Virus record (IMG/VR): IMGVR_UViG_3300022407_004534 | Location: 1 to 25,914 of that record | Strand: one strand, 5' to 3' | Length of the DNA: 25,914 bases | From: a virus | Taxonomy: Duplodnaviria; Caudoviricetes | In this document: positions 18,586-25,914 of the stretch, in pieces | How positions within the stretch are numbered: the stretch's first letter is position 1 | Layout: every line of letters starts with the position of its first letter | The notes under the pieces: generated by a model | Database searches by the model: none | What the model saw: only the letters and a program-made list of their open reading frames with translations | What the model was told of the DNA's origin: nothing | Made by a program: the position numbers and the translations under genes

Positions 18586-18885
18586 ATGAGAGATTTAAAT
18601 GTTATAGTCTACACAATGAAGGGATGCCCTTTCTGTGTAGACTTCAAAGAAATACTAACCAATGAGGGGATAGAATTTTTTGACCGGGATATTGAAAAAT
18701 ATAAAGACGAGTATGATACTTTTACTCAGATAACAGAAAATGATATGATACCAGCATTACTAATTATTGAAGGGGATGATACCAACTACAAATCGTTTTT
18801 GTATACTCCGGAGAGAAACTATAATGAATTAACTGAAGCAGTTGATATCATTAATCAACATAGAAAAAAAGTGGGGATAATTTAA
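18586..18885 (+). CDS. Glutaredoxin/NrdH-like redoxin
   Basis: VIVYTMKGCPFC, MIPALLI cis-Pro loop. Confidence 0.85.
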   Translation: MRDLNVIVYTMKGCPFCVDFKEILTNEGIEFFDRDIEKYKDEYDTFTQITENDMIPALLIIEGDDTNYKSFLYTPERNYNELTEAVDIINQHRKKVGII

Positions 18886-19637
18886 ACTATCACTAAATTT
18901 TTATTAATTTTTTTAATAAAATTATAATCATCAAGTGGATTGAGTAGTTCAAAACTCCAATCCGATTTTTTTATGTCTTTTTCTAACCAACTCATGTCAA
19001 AATCAAATACATCAAGAATTGCTGATGTTAAAGTTTTATCAATAGATTTTGAATTTAATTGTCTTACTGAAAATATTGGTTCACCATCTTCGGACTTATT
19101 TTTAGACATATTGAAAATAAGGGTGTTTACCGGATAGTTTGGTGGAATACTATAAAAGATATGTTTACCGTAATAATAGTGTAACCTACCTTGTCCTAAT
19201 GAATAACCATGGGGGAATTCGGAAATAGAAACCATGTCTTCATCAGTTATTTCAGTAATGACATGATTATAATCGTATGATGATTTTTTATTTTGATATG
19301 ATTCTATTTGAAGATGATTGTAAGAACAATTAGAAGTGTCGTGATAAACAAATTCAAAATTAGTGGGTTTGGATATTTTGACTTCATATTCGATTAAGTC
19401 TACAGTATGTGAAAGTTTGACTTTACCGATAAGGTCTTCATATTTTTTAAGAAACTCTTCCAATATAATTGATAAATCCAAAACTTGATTATAACTTGTT
19501 TTTCCTTTAATTACAAAGAAATTTTTACAATCAACTACTTTGATTATTGTCTCTTTGTTATGTGGTATTTTAGATACTATGAAATCCGCAAATAAATTAG
19601 TAATTAATATTCTACTACCTATATTTTTTAAAACCAT
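18882..19637 (-). CDS. Hypothetical protein, possibly degenerate S-adenosylmethionine synthetase (MetK)-like
   Basis: By-eye match to the MetK N- and C-domains with catalytic motifs absent (see findings). Confidence 0.5.
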   Translation of the reverse strand: MVLKNIGSRILITNLFADFIVSKIPHNKETIIKVVDCKNFFVIKGKTSYNQVLDLSIILEEFLKKYEDLIGKVKLSHTVDLIEYEVKISKPTNFEFVYHDTSNCSYNHLQIESYQNKKSSYDYNHVITEITDEDMVSISEFPHGYSLGQGRLHYYYGKHIFYSIPPNYPVNTLIFNMSKNKSEDGEPIFSVRQLNSKSIDKTLTSAILDVFDFDMSWLEKDIKKSDWSFELLNPLDDYNFIKKINKNLVIV

Positions 19638-19702
19638 GTTAAATTATGATAAATGTTTAATGTTTTGGAAATTATAAACATTTCTTAAAAATAAAGAAAT
19701 AG

Positions 19703-19728
19703 AAAAGGGATTCGTTTGAATCCCTTTT
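19703..19728 (-). terminator. Intrinsic terminator (possibly bidirectional)
   Basis: AAAAGGGATTC-gttt-GAATCCCTTTT, directly after the stop of minus-strand gene 19730..20713. Confidence 0.8.
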
Positions 19729-19729
19729 T

Positions 19730-20713
19730 TTATATGTAATCACCAAACATTTCGTTAATGTATTTATCAATCTCACTTGAATTTGGATAGTCAGGTTCCC
19801 AATAAGATAAACAATCACCATTATCCTCTAGAATGTTAATAAAGTCTCCAAAATATTCTAAAGTTTGACTACTTCCTTTACTGTTATATAAATAATCTTT
19901 GATTGGTGTGTAAAAATCCCTAATAGGCATTTCAAGTACTTCAATTTGAGTGTCTTTTTTATATGGATGTTGTTGATATACATATTTGCGGTTTTCGACA
20001 TCAAATAAATCATCAAGTTTATCCCACACTCCTCTATAAACACTGGATTCATAAGCACTGTTATATGCATTTGAATGGATTGAATTTAATTCACTATCTA
20101 ACTCACTTAAATCATGGTCTAATAAATAACCCATTGTCTCTGAGTCATTAACAACTGACACAACATTATCCATATTAATGGTTGCATAATCGGTACCTTG
20201 TTGAGTGGAGATATCCTGAAGTAAATCAGTTTCAACATCTATTTCAATACCTTCCAAATTTTCAACAATATAACTGTATAAATATTTTAAGTTTTCTTCA
20301 TTGAGTTCTTCGATAACATCTCTATAAACATCATCGGTTGTGTCCCAATATCTATCGAAGTCAGAATTACCTAAAAGAATTTCACCAATTGTGTCTTGAC
20401 TAATATCATTTCTACCACCATCACAAAAAAGTTTTTTTAAGTCAGTTGAATCTCTCAAGACTAAAACTGGATTTTTACCTTCTTCAAGTCTAACATCACT
20501 AATTTGTCTTGCAACCTCTTCTCTAAATTTCTCAGTATTAGTTTCTGACAAATAAAGAAGATAATCATTTTCCATATAATTGTTTTCAAAATCAAGGTCA
20601 TCTAAACGACCTCTTTTGTCCATTATTTTGAAAAATGTGTCTGAATCATTAAAATATTTCTCAACATCTAATTCAGTATCATTAAATAATTCTATTACTT
20701 CATCTATATCCAT
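19730..20713 (-). CDS. Highly acidic hypothetical protein
   Basis: 327 aa, rich in D/E/Y; TATTTATA motif just upstream of the start. Confidence 0.7.
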   Translation of the reverse strand: MDIDEVIELFNDTELDVEKYFNDSDTFFKIMDKRGRLDDLDFENNYMENDYLLYLSETNTEKFREEVARQISDVRLEEGKNPVLVLRDSTDLKKLFCDGGRNDISQDTIGEILLGNSDFDRYWDTTDDVYRDVIEELNEENLKYLYSYIVENLEGIEIDVETDLLQDISTQQGTDYATINMDNVVSVVNDSETMGYLLDHDLSELDSELNSIHSNAYNSAYESSVYRGVWDKLDDLFDVENRKYVYQQHPYKKDTQIEVLEMPIRDFYTPIKDYLYNSKGSSQTLEYFGDFINILEDNGDCLSYWEPDYPNSSEIDKYINEMFGDYI

Positions 20714-20725
20714 ATGTATAAATAT

Positions 20726-20754
20726 AAAAAAAGGGACAAATTTTATGTCCCTTT
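20726..20754 (-). terminator. Intrinsic terminator
   Basis: AAAGGGACA-aatttta-TGTCCCTTT stem with a U-tract on the minus strand, downstream of 20778..20939. Confidence 0.75.
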
Positions 20755-20777
20755 ATAATTTTTTAAACTCCTGAAGA

Positions 20778-20939
20778 TTAGTTTGATGTCTTATTCACAT
20801 TATAATACTTTTCAACAGTCTTCTTGATTGCAGTTTTTACACTTTCTGTTTGTTGTTGTTTAACAGCTTGTGCTTGCTGAATTTGAACGGCTTGTTGTTC
20901 AGGTGTTTGATTTTGCTTATTTTTGCATCCACACGACAT
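20778..20939 (-). CDS. 53-aa Gln-rich CxC microprotein (missing from ORF track)
   Basis: MSCGCKNKQNQTPEQQAVQIQQAQAVKQQQTESVKTAIKKTVEKYYNVNKTSN*; A-rich leader and its own terminator. Confidence 0.7.
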   Translation of the reverse strand: MSCGCKNKQNQTPEQQAVQIQQAQAVKQQQTESVKTAIKKTVEKYYNVNKTSN

Positions 20940-20956
20940 AGTAATTTGTTTTTTTT

Positions 20957-21547
20957 TTAGTTTATTATATTAAAATTATGTTTATAACAAGTTTTTCTTA
21001 TTGTTTCTGTTTTACTTCCATTACTGACTTTAATACCTCTAAGTGAATTAGATAATTTCATTCTCACATATTGTGGTTTTCCTTTTGCGAATCCATTTTC
21101 GATTAAATAATTAGCACCGTCAACTAGTGTGTTAAATGTATGTTCTTCATTAGTTTGAATATTAGTTAATGAATATGTATTAAAATTACCGTTCTTGGTT
21201 AAATTATGTTTAGACAATTTAATTTTAACTTCATCATTGTATGTATTTCTTCTAAATTCATTTACGGTTGCTAAATTATAACCAAACTCGCTATTGTTAG
21301 ATTTATATTTAAAAATATGATAATTTTCTTTAATTATTAAATCATCATTATTACATTCTTCTAATACTTTAAATACAAATGAATCCTCACCAAATTTATT
21401 GTAACTATTTTGGAGATGAGAATTATCGTGAATTCCTTTTTTTAACATCCAAAAATGTTTTTGTTTTCGACTAACAATATTAACAGAACTTCCAATATAA
21501 ACTTTACCGTCAATTAAATTTTCTATCTTGTAAATTCCACATCCCAT
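20957..21547 (-). CDS. Free-standing GIY-YIG homing endonuclease (Seg-like)
   Basis: GIYKI..YIGSS..R..H, E and GYN motifs, with a C-terminal NUMOD-like DNA-binding region. Confidence 0.9.
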   Translation of the reverse strand: MGCGIYKIENLIDGKVYIGSSVNIVSRKQKHFWMLKKGIHDNSHLQNSYNKFGEDSFVFKVLEECNNDDLIIKENYHIFKYKSNNSEFGYNLATVNEFRRNTYNDEVKIKLSKHNLTKNGNFNTYSLTNIQTNEEHTFNTLVDGANYLIENGFAKGKPQYVRMKLSNSLRGIKVSNGSKTETIRKTCYKHNFNIIN

Positions 21548-21573
21548 ATTGATATAATTTAATTGTTTATTAC

Positions 21574-21629
21574 TATAAATAGTGATTATGATTCAATTAT
21601 AATATAAAAACGATATTTATTAAATAAAA
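21574..21629. promoter_or_regulatory. Divergent pair of TATTTAT motifs
   Basis: TATTTATA on the minus strand (21574-81) and TATTTATT on the plus strand (21614-21), each facing its gene. Confidence 0.5.
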
Positions 21630-21634
21630 GATTT

Positions 21635-23395
21635 ATGCAATTTTCAGAATTAATTATAGAAAGTAGAGAAGATGACTTCAAAAAGAAGTATTCAAAGAAA
21701 TTTTCACCACAAAATTTAGAGAAAATCGTTAAAGGTATTACCCCAAAGTATTTGGATTGGGTTGGGAAAATTATTGATGAAATCAATTTTGATGAAACAT
21801 TTTCGAAATTAGAACCAACTGTTAACCGATTTAACAATATCTCTACTAATCTACCTCAAACAGATATTAATCAATACAAAAGTTTTGATGAATTATATAA
21901 TGCTATTGCAAGTTATGATAGTCGTATTCGGAGAGATGTTAAACAAGTTAAAGGTGGTAATGTAGTTTATGATGACGGAGTATTTTTCATTGTTAATCCC
22001 TTAAACTATGAATCATCTTGTTATTATGGTAAAGGTACTAAATGGTGCACCGCGGCTGAAACTGATTCTCATTTTAAAAGATATAATGAAGATGGTAAAT
22101 TATTCTATATAATTGATAGAGCTAAATCTAGTAACGACCCAAATTATAAAGTTGCTTTATTAAAAAAATTTGATGGTGACATATCATTTTGGGATGCAAA
22201 GGACGATAGAATTATAAATGTTGAAAGTATTTTTGGAGAAAAAAAATATAATGAAATTATGTCATCTGTAGACCAATTCTTGGGAGAGGTATACCCGGAA
22301 CAAGTTAAACTATACTCCGATAAAGTTGCGGCTAAAAGAGAAGCAAAACGACTTGAAAGATTAAGAATTGAGAGAGAAACACGAGAAAAAAGAGAGGCGG
22401 CCCAAGATAGAAGAGAAGAGGGAGAATGGAGTGGTGACTACCAAGGTATGGGTGAAGAAGGGTTAAGGGCTAACGCACTGCTTAATTATATTGATAGTTA
22501 TGAGTCTGTTGAAGTCATGACTAGTGAAGACCGAGCAGAGATTACAAGATTAGAATTAGAAATTGATAGGTTGGACCAAGAGTATGATAATAGTGAAGAC
22601 CCGGAGCCGGATTTACTTGACCAAAAATCTGAATTAGAGGATGAATTAGAAGAGTTAAGAAACAAAATTGATGTTTATAATATTATTCCAACAGGTGATT
22701 TTTATAGTTTAGGTGAGTTTGAAGTTATTGATTCAGGTTTAAGTGATAGAAGATATGCTGTTGGTGATGAAGATGACATGGAAAAAAGTTCTTATAGCTA
22801 CGTTGATGATTTGATTGATGACATTGGGTTTGAAGGGTTTAGTAAATCATTTGCTATGGGTTATTTAGATACTGATGCTATTGTTGAGTATGCTGAGGAA
22901 ATGTATGACTATGATGTTAGAGAATCACCGGAAAGTTATTTTGACGATGAACAAAAACAATTATCTGATAGACAAGAAGAAGATATTAGAGTTGCCAGAC
23001 TTTTTATTGAAAGAGCAGAAAATCAAATATCCATGATGGAAGACCTAATGGATGGAGATAATGATGACGATATTCAAGAAAAAATTGATGAGTTAAATGA
23101 ATTAATTGAATCTCATCAAGATGATATTACTGAAATAGAAGAAAATCCTGACGGGGAATATCCTGAAGATTTAATTGAAGATAAAATTAATGAGTTAGTT
23201 CGTGATGTTAAATATGACCCGGAAGATTTTATGGAATCATATGGTCTTGAATGGGATAGATTCATTGATAGAGATGATTTTATTAAAGGGGTTATTGAAG
23301 CTGATGGTTATGGTCAGACATTAAATAGTTACGATGGTTCTGCTGACGAAGTTAAAGTTGGAGACCAATGGTATTATGTAATGAGAATTGACTAA
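21635..23395 (+). CDS. WC-domain (PcfJ-related) protein with long acidic C-terminal region
   Basis: SSCYYGKGTKWCTAA..F.RY..GKLFY, paralogous to 14526..15845; D/E-rich C-terminus ending IEADGYGQTLNSYDG. Confidence 0.75.
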   Translation: MQFSELIIESREDDFKKKYSKKFSPQNLEKIVKGITPKYLDWVGKIIDEINFDETFSKLEPTVNRFNNISTNLPQTDINQYKSFDELYNAIASYDSRIRRDVKQVKGGNVVYDDGVFFIVNPLNYESSCYYGKGTKWCTAAETDSHFKRYNEDGKLFYIIDRAKSSNDPNYKVALLKKFDGDISFWDAKDDRIINVESIFGEKKYNEIMSSVDQFLGEVYPEQVKLYSDKVAAKREAKRLERLRIERETREKREAAQDRREEGEWSGDYQGMGEEGLRANALLNYIDSYESVEVMTSEDRAEITRLELEIDRLDQEYDNSEDPEPDLLDQKSELEDELEELRNKIDVYNIIPTGDFYSLGEFEVIDSGLSDRRYAVGDEDDMEKSSYSYVDDLIDDIGFEGFSKSFAMGYLDTDAIVEYAEEMYDYDVRESPESYFDDEQKQLSDRQEEDIRVARLFIERAENQISMMEDLMDGDNDDDIQEKIDELNELIESHQDDITEIEENPDGEYPEDLIEDKINELVRDVKYDPEDFMESYGLEWDRFIDRDDFIKGVIEADGYGQTLNSYDGSADEVKVGDQWYYVMRID

Positions 23396-23421
23396 TTTTT
23401 ATTAATTCATATATTAGTTTT

Positions 23422-24201
23422 ATGAGCAGAAAAAAGAAAATATCGTTCAAGTTAAATCCCGAGTGGATGTTGAAGGAACCATTGGACTTTGAATATAACA
23501 AATACACCTTATTAGATTATATTCAAAAATGTGAAAAAGGATTTGACAAGTTGGAAATTTATCCTGACTTTGTCGAAATTTCATTGCACTTAGCAAATTT
23601 ACAATCATTAGTTAAAGAAAATACATTATTATTAACAAATAAGAAATTTGAATCCTGTGATGATGAAATCTTAGTTAAAGAACTTACACCAAAAAAACCA
23701 AGAAACTTAACAAATGAAGAAGAGGAGGAGTTAGTAAAGACTTTGAAATTCTCTAACTCAAAACTATTTGACACTTTTAATATTGCTAAATCAATATGGA
23801 ATTTAGCTTACGATAACATTGACATTTATATTAAAAAAAATAGAAAATCAATTGCAACCGGACATGGATATGTCTTCTACTTTAATAAGTCAGATTCAAA
23901 AATATTTGTATGGGAGTATGAAATTAAAAAATCTAAAGAAGATAGACACAGTCATAAGACCTATGTTAATTCAATATATAGTGGTTCTTCGGAAGATTTA
24001 CTAGTTCCTGAAATAATAGAAGCATTCTCAACATGGAATCAAACTGATTATTTTAAACAACTTCCAATATTTGAAATACAATCATCTCAAAATTTCCCAA
24101 TGGAACAAACTTTGGTTCCAATTATGAAACGAAAAATTACCTCATACATTTTTCAAATTGTTAATTCAGAAAAGTTAAATAACTTTGACTTTGAAATATA
24201 A
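23422..24201 (+). CDS. Conserved hypothetical protein (resembles a Bacteroidota family)
   Basis: W..EPLDFEYNKYTLLDYIQ..IYP..H..NL and FPMEQTLVPIMKR; TTGACT-N16-TATATT upstream (23388-23415). Confidence 0.65.
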   Translation: MSRKKKISFKLNPEWMLKEPLDFEYNKYTLLDYIQKCEKGFDKLEIYPDFVEISLHLANLQSLVKENTLLLTNKKFESCDDEILVKELTPKKPRNLTNEEEEELVKTLKFSNSKLFDTFNIAKSIWNLAYDNIDIYIKKNRKSIATGHGYVFYFNKSDSKIFVWEYEIKKSKEDRHSHKTYVNSIYSGSSEDLLVPEIIEAFSTWNQTDYFKQLPIFEIQSSQNFPMEQTLVPIMKRKITSYIFQIVNSEKLNNFDFEI

Positions 24202-24213
24202 TTTGATTATATT
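24185..24213 (+). promoter_or_regulatory. Sigma70-like promoter, near-leaderless
   Basis: TTGACT(24185-90)-N17-TATATT(24208-13), 5 nt before GTG 24219. Confidence 0.55.
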
Positions 24214-24218
24214 TCCCT

Positions 24219-24428
24219 GTGGGATTTAACAAAAGATACATAACAAAACAATCATCTTTAAGGGCTCTCAACTGTAATGGATTAAAACTCTATTATGGCC
24301 GGGCCGATATGATGATATTTGAAGATGACCTTAGTGAAATCATTCATGACTTATACTTGTATGGAAACACCGAACAAGAAATACTAAACATTATTAATTT
24401 AAACACGGAAAAAGATGAAGTGCGTTAA
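24219..24428 (+). CDS. Small hypothetical protein
   Basis: GTG start after a promoter; overlaps the next gene. Confidence 0.55.
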   Translation: MGFNKRYITKQSSLRALNCNGLKLYYGRADMMIFEDDLSEIIHDLYLYGNTEQEILNIINLNTEKDEVR

Positions 24429-24645
24429 AACAATTAAGAAAACCAGTTCAAGAGAGATTGGAGAAATAATCAGAACGGAAGATAAAGACGCTGATTTAAA
24501 AGTTAATACGGGTTTTTGGGTGTATTGTCCAAAAAATGAATGGAAATCGTTGACAAGAAGGGTTAAACCTGTTGTTAAGAAAGAAACTGAAGAAGGTTCT
24601 GAAAATAAACCTATTACCAAAAGAGGTAAGAATAGTATCCAATAG
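24415..24645 (+). CDS. Small basic hypothetical protein
   Basis: MKCVK..WVYCPKNEWK; operon-like spacing. Confidence 0.6.
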   Translation: MKCVKTIKKTSSREIGEIIRTEDKDADLKVNTGFWVYCPKNEWKSLTRRVKPVVKKETEEGSENKPITKRGKNSIQ

Positions 24646-24650
24646 TCATT

Positions 24651-24869
24651 ATGAATACTGAAATGGTAAATAACCCCGAACATTACGGAGGTGCTACGAA
24701 CATTTACGAAGCTATTAAAGTGATTGAGGCTTGGGATTTAGATTTCCATTTAGGGAATACAGTTAAATACATTTCAAGAGCGGGAAAAAAAGAGACCGAT
24801 AAAGAACTCCAAGACTTGAAAAAAGCCGCTTGGTATCTTCAAAGACGAATAGAAAATTTAGAAAAATGA
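24651..24869 (+). CDS. DUF3310 (SaV-like) phage protein
   Basis: VNNPEHY, EAIKVI, FHLGNTVKYISR, DLKKAAWYL. Confidence 0.9.
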   Translation: MNTEMVNNPEHYGGATNIYEAIKVIEAWDLDFHLGNTVKYISRAGKKETDKELQDLKKAAWYLQRRIENLEK

Positions 24870-25312
24870 TATATTATTTAGTCGGACAACCTCATGCTGG
24901 TAAGACCACATTGTCCAAATTATTAAAAGAATACTTATATCCAAAAAATGTTATCCAAATAGATGGTGATGATATTAGAGATATCTTTCAAAATAAAGAT
25001 TACTCTGAAGAGGGAAGAAGAAAGAATATTCAAAGAGCTCAAGACATTGGAATGTTTTTAAACGCTAAAGGTTATGAGGTGATTATATCATTGGTATCAC
25101 CTTATAAAAATTTAAGGGATGAACTAAAAGAAAAAAGTGATGTGGTTGAGGTTTATATTCATACAACAGACATTCGAGGTAGAGAAAATTTTCATGTTGA
25201 GAATTATGAAACTCCAACTGAAAATTATATCGATATTAACACCACAGGTATCTCTGAATTAATATCAATCGGTGAACTACTAAATAAAATTAACAAACAT
25301 ATTATTAAATGA
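24866..25312 (+). CDS. cysC: Adenylylsulfate (APS) kinase-like P-loop kinase
   Basis: GQPHAGKTT, IDGDDIR, YSEEGRRKNI, SLVSPY, YETP; ATGA overlap supports start 24866. Confidence 0.85.
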   Translation: MIYYLVGQPHAGKTTLSKLLKEYLYPKNVIQIDGDDIRDIFQNKDYSEEGRRKNIQRAQDIGMFLNAKGYEVIISLVSPYKNLRDELKEKSDVVEVYIHTTDIRGRENFHVENYETPTENYIDINTTGISELISIGELLNKINKHIIK

Positions 25313-25722
25313 TGGAAAATTGGGAAAGAAAAAAACACGTACAAGCTGCGTTTGCTTCATCATCAACCAGTAAAAAGTATTCAATGTTTGTTGGAAGATG
25401 GCAACCATGGCACCATGGACATAGGGCGTTGATTGACCAACAACTTAATTTAGATAAGAATGTATTACTTTGTGTAAGAGATGTTGAGATTGACGATAAA
25501 AACCCATTTTCGACTGAATGGGTTATGAATAATTTAAACAATGAATTAAAAGAATTAATTGAAGAAGGTCGATTGGTCATTCAAGTTATTCCGGACATTG
25601 ATAGTATTAATATTGGTAGAGGCGTTGGATATGATGTAATTGAACATTTCCCACCGGATGAGATTAAAAATATTTCTGCAACCAAAATTAGGGAACAGAT
25701 GAAAAAGGATGGTAAGATATGA
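25309..25722 (+). CDS. HIGH-family nucleotidyltransferase (cytidylyltransferase-like)
   Basis: GRWQPWHHGH, NPF, GRGVGY, ISATKIR. Confidence 0.85.
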   Translation: MMENWERKKHVQAAFASSSTSKKYSMFVGRWQPWHHGHRALIDQQLNLDKNVLLCVRDVEIDDKNPFSTEWVMNNLNNELKELIEEGRLVIQVIPDIDSINIGRGVGYDVIEHFPPDEIKNISATKIREQMKKDGKI

Positions 25723-25914
25723 TAGTAGATATTGACCAATATGCGGAAGGTGCGGTTTTATTGGATGGGTTAGAGGATGCCATTATTGGGGTTGTTGAGG
25801 ACTTTGGTTCTCCGGGAAGAAAGATGTTATATTCAAAACGAAAAATATTGAACATCTTACAAGAGAGAGACCTGATGACTTATGATGAAGCTGAAGAGTT
25901 TTATGATTATAATC
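25719..25914 (+). CDS. Conserved phage hypothetical protein, 3' partial (missing from ORF track)
   Basis: ATG 25719 overlaps the upstream TGA: MIVDIDQYAEGAVLLDGLEDAIIG...MTYDEAEEFYDYN, open to the window end. Confidence 0.7.
   Translation, partial: MIVDIDQYAEGAVLLDGLEDAIIGVVEDFGSPGRKMLYSKRKILNILQERDLMTYDEAEEFYDYN

Noticed and set aside
20957-21547. Group I intron around the GIY-YIG gene
   Set aside because: Flanks are too short for an intron core and no split gene is evident.
13567-21581. TATAAATA on the + strand as T4-type late promoters
   Set aside because: At 13567, 20717 and 21574 they sit upstream of minus-strand genes, so the functional reading appears to be TATTTATA.
4604-24865. Track start sites at 4604, 7481, 10815, 12479 and 24830
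   Set aside because: Downstream ATGs (4658, 7541, 10851, 12431, 24866) give cleaner coupling and avoid long overlaps.
172-25580. Short antisense or alternate-frame ORFs in the track (e.g. 172..408, 3381..3764, 5310..5597, 9610..10092, 21586..21837, 24399..24683, 25305..25580)
   Set aside because: They lie inside or almost entirely overlap well-supported genes and show shadow composition (Ser/Phe/Leu-rich).
1-25914. CRISPR array, tRNA or rRNA
   Set aside because: No regularly spaced repeats or cloverleaf motifs seen; intergenic gaps are about 100 nt or shorter.
1-25914. Stop-codon recoding (code 15 or 4) as in some large Bacteroidota phages
   Set aside because: Genes are intact and densely packed in code 11; TAG and TGA end genes at sensible positions.
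1-25914. Bacterial chromosome origin (rpoD, dnaJ, trxA, cysC present)
   Set aside because: These genes lack their usual operon partners and are interspersed with phage-type genes (DUF3310, PcfJ, Seg-like endonuclease, lysis block). No capsid or terminase gene is in the window, so phage origin remains an inference.

Overview
AT-rich (roughly 30% GC by eye), densely coding segment in standard code 11, most consistent with a large/jumbo dsDNA phage of a Bacteroidota host. Host evidence: a Bacteroidota-type RpoD, TTTG-N21-TAnnTTTG promoters, no Shine-Dalgarno sites, and Hc1 and DUF6576-like proteins. Left to right: SbcC/gp46 ATPase (5' partial); a Type II R-M-like cassette; a sigma-70 factor; a membrane/amidase/spanin-like lysis block; modular putative head proteins; Hc1; DnaJ; a Dam-family MTase; two paralogous 'WC-domain' proteins with different C-termini (LRR vs acidic); a PcfJ-like protein; thioredoxin and glutaredoxin; a degenerate MetK-like protein; a free-standing GIY-YIG endonuclease; DUF3310; and an APS kinase + HIGH nucleotidyltransferase pair. 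Most notable: the apparent catalytically dead MetK-like protein, the polymorphic WC-domain family, no GATC found in a manual scan of 25.9 kb despite a Dam-like gene, module-shuffled proteins punctuated by x-x-E sites, and three candidate promoter classes. No tRNA, rRNA or CRISPR array seen. All family calls come from motif recognition by eye, not database searches.
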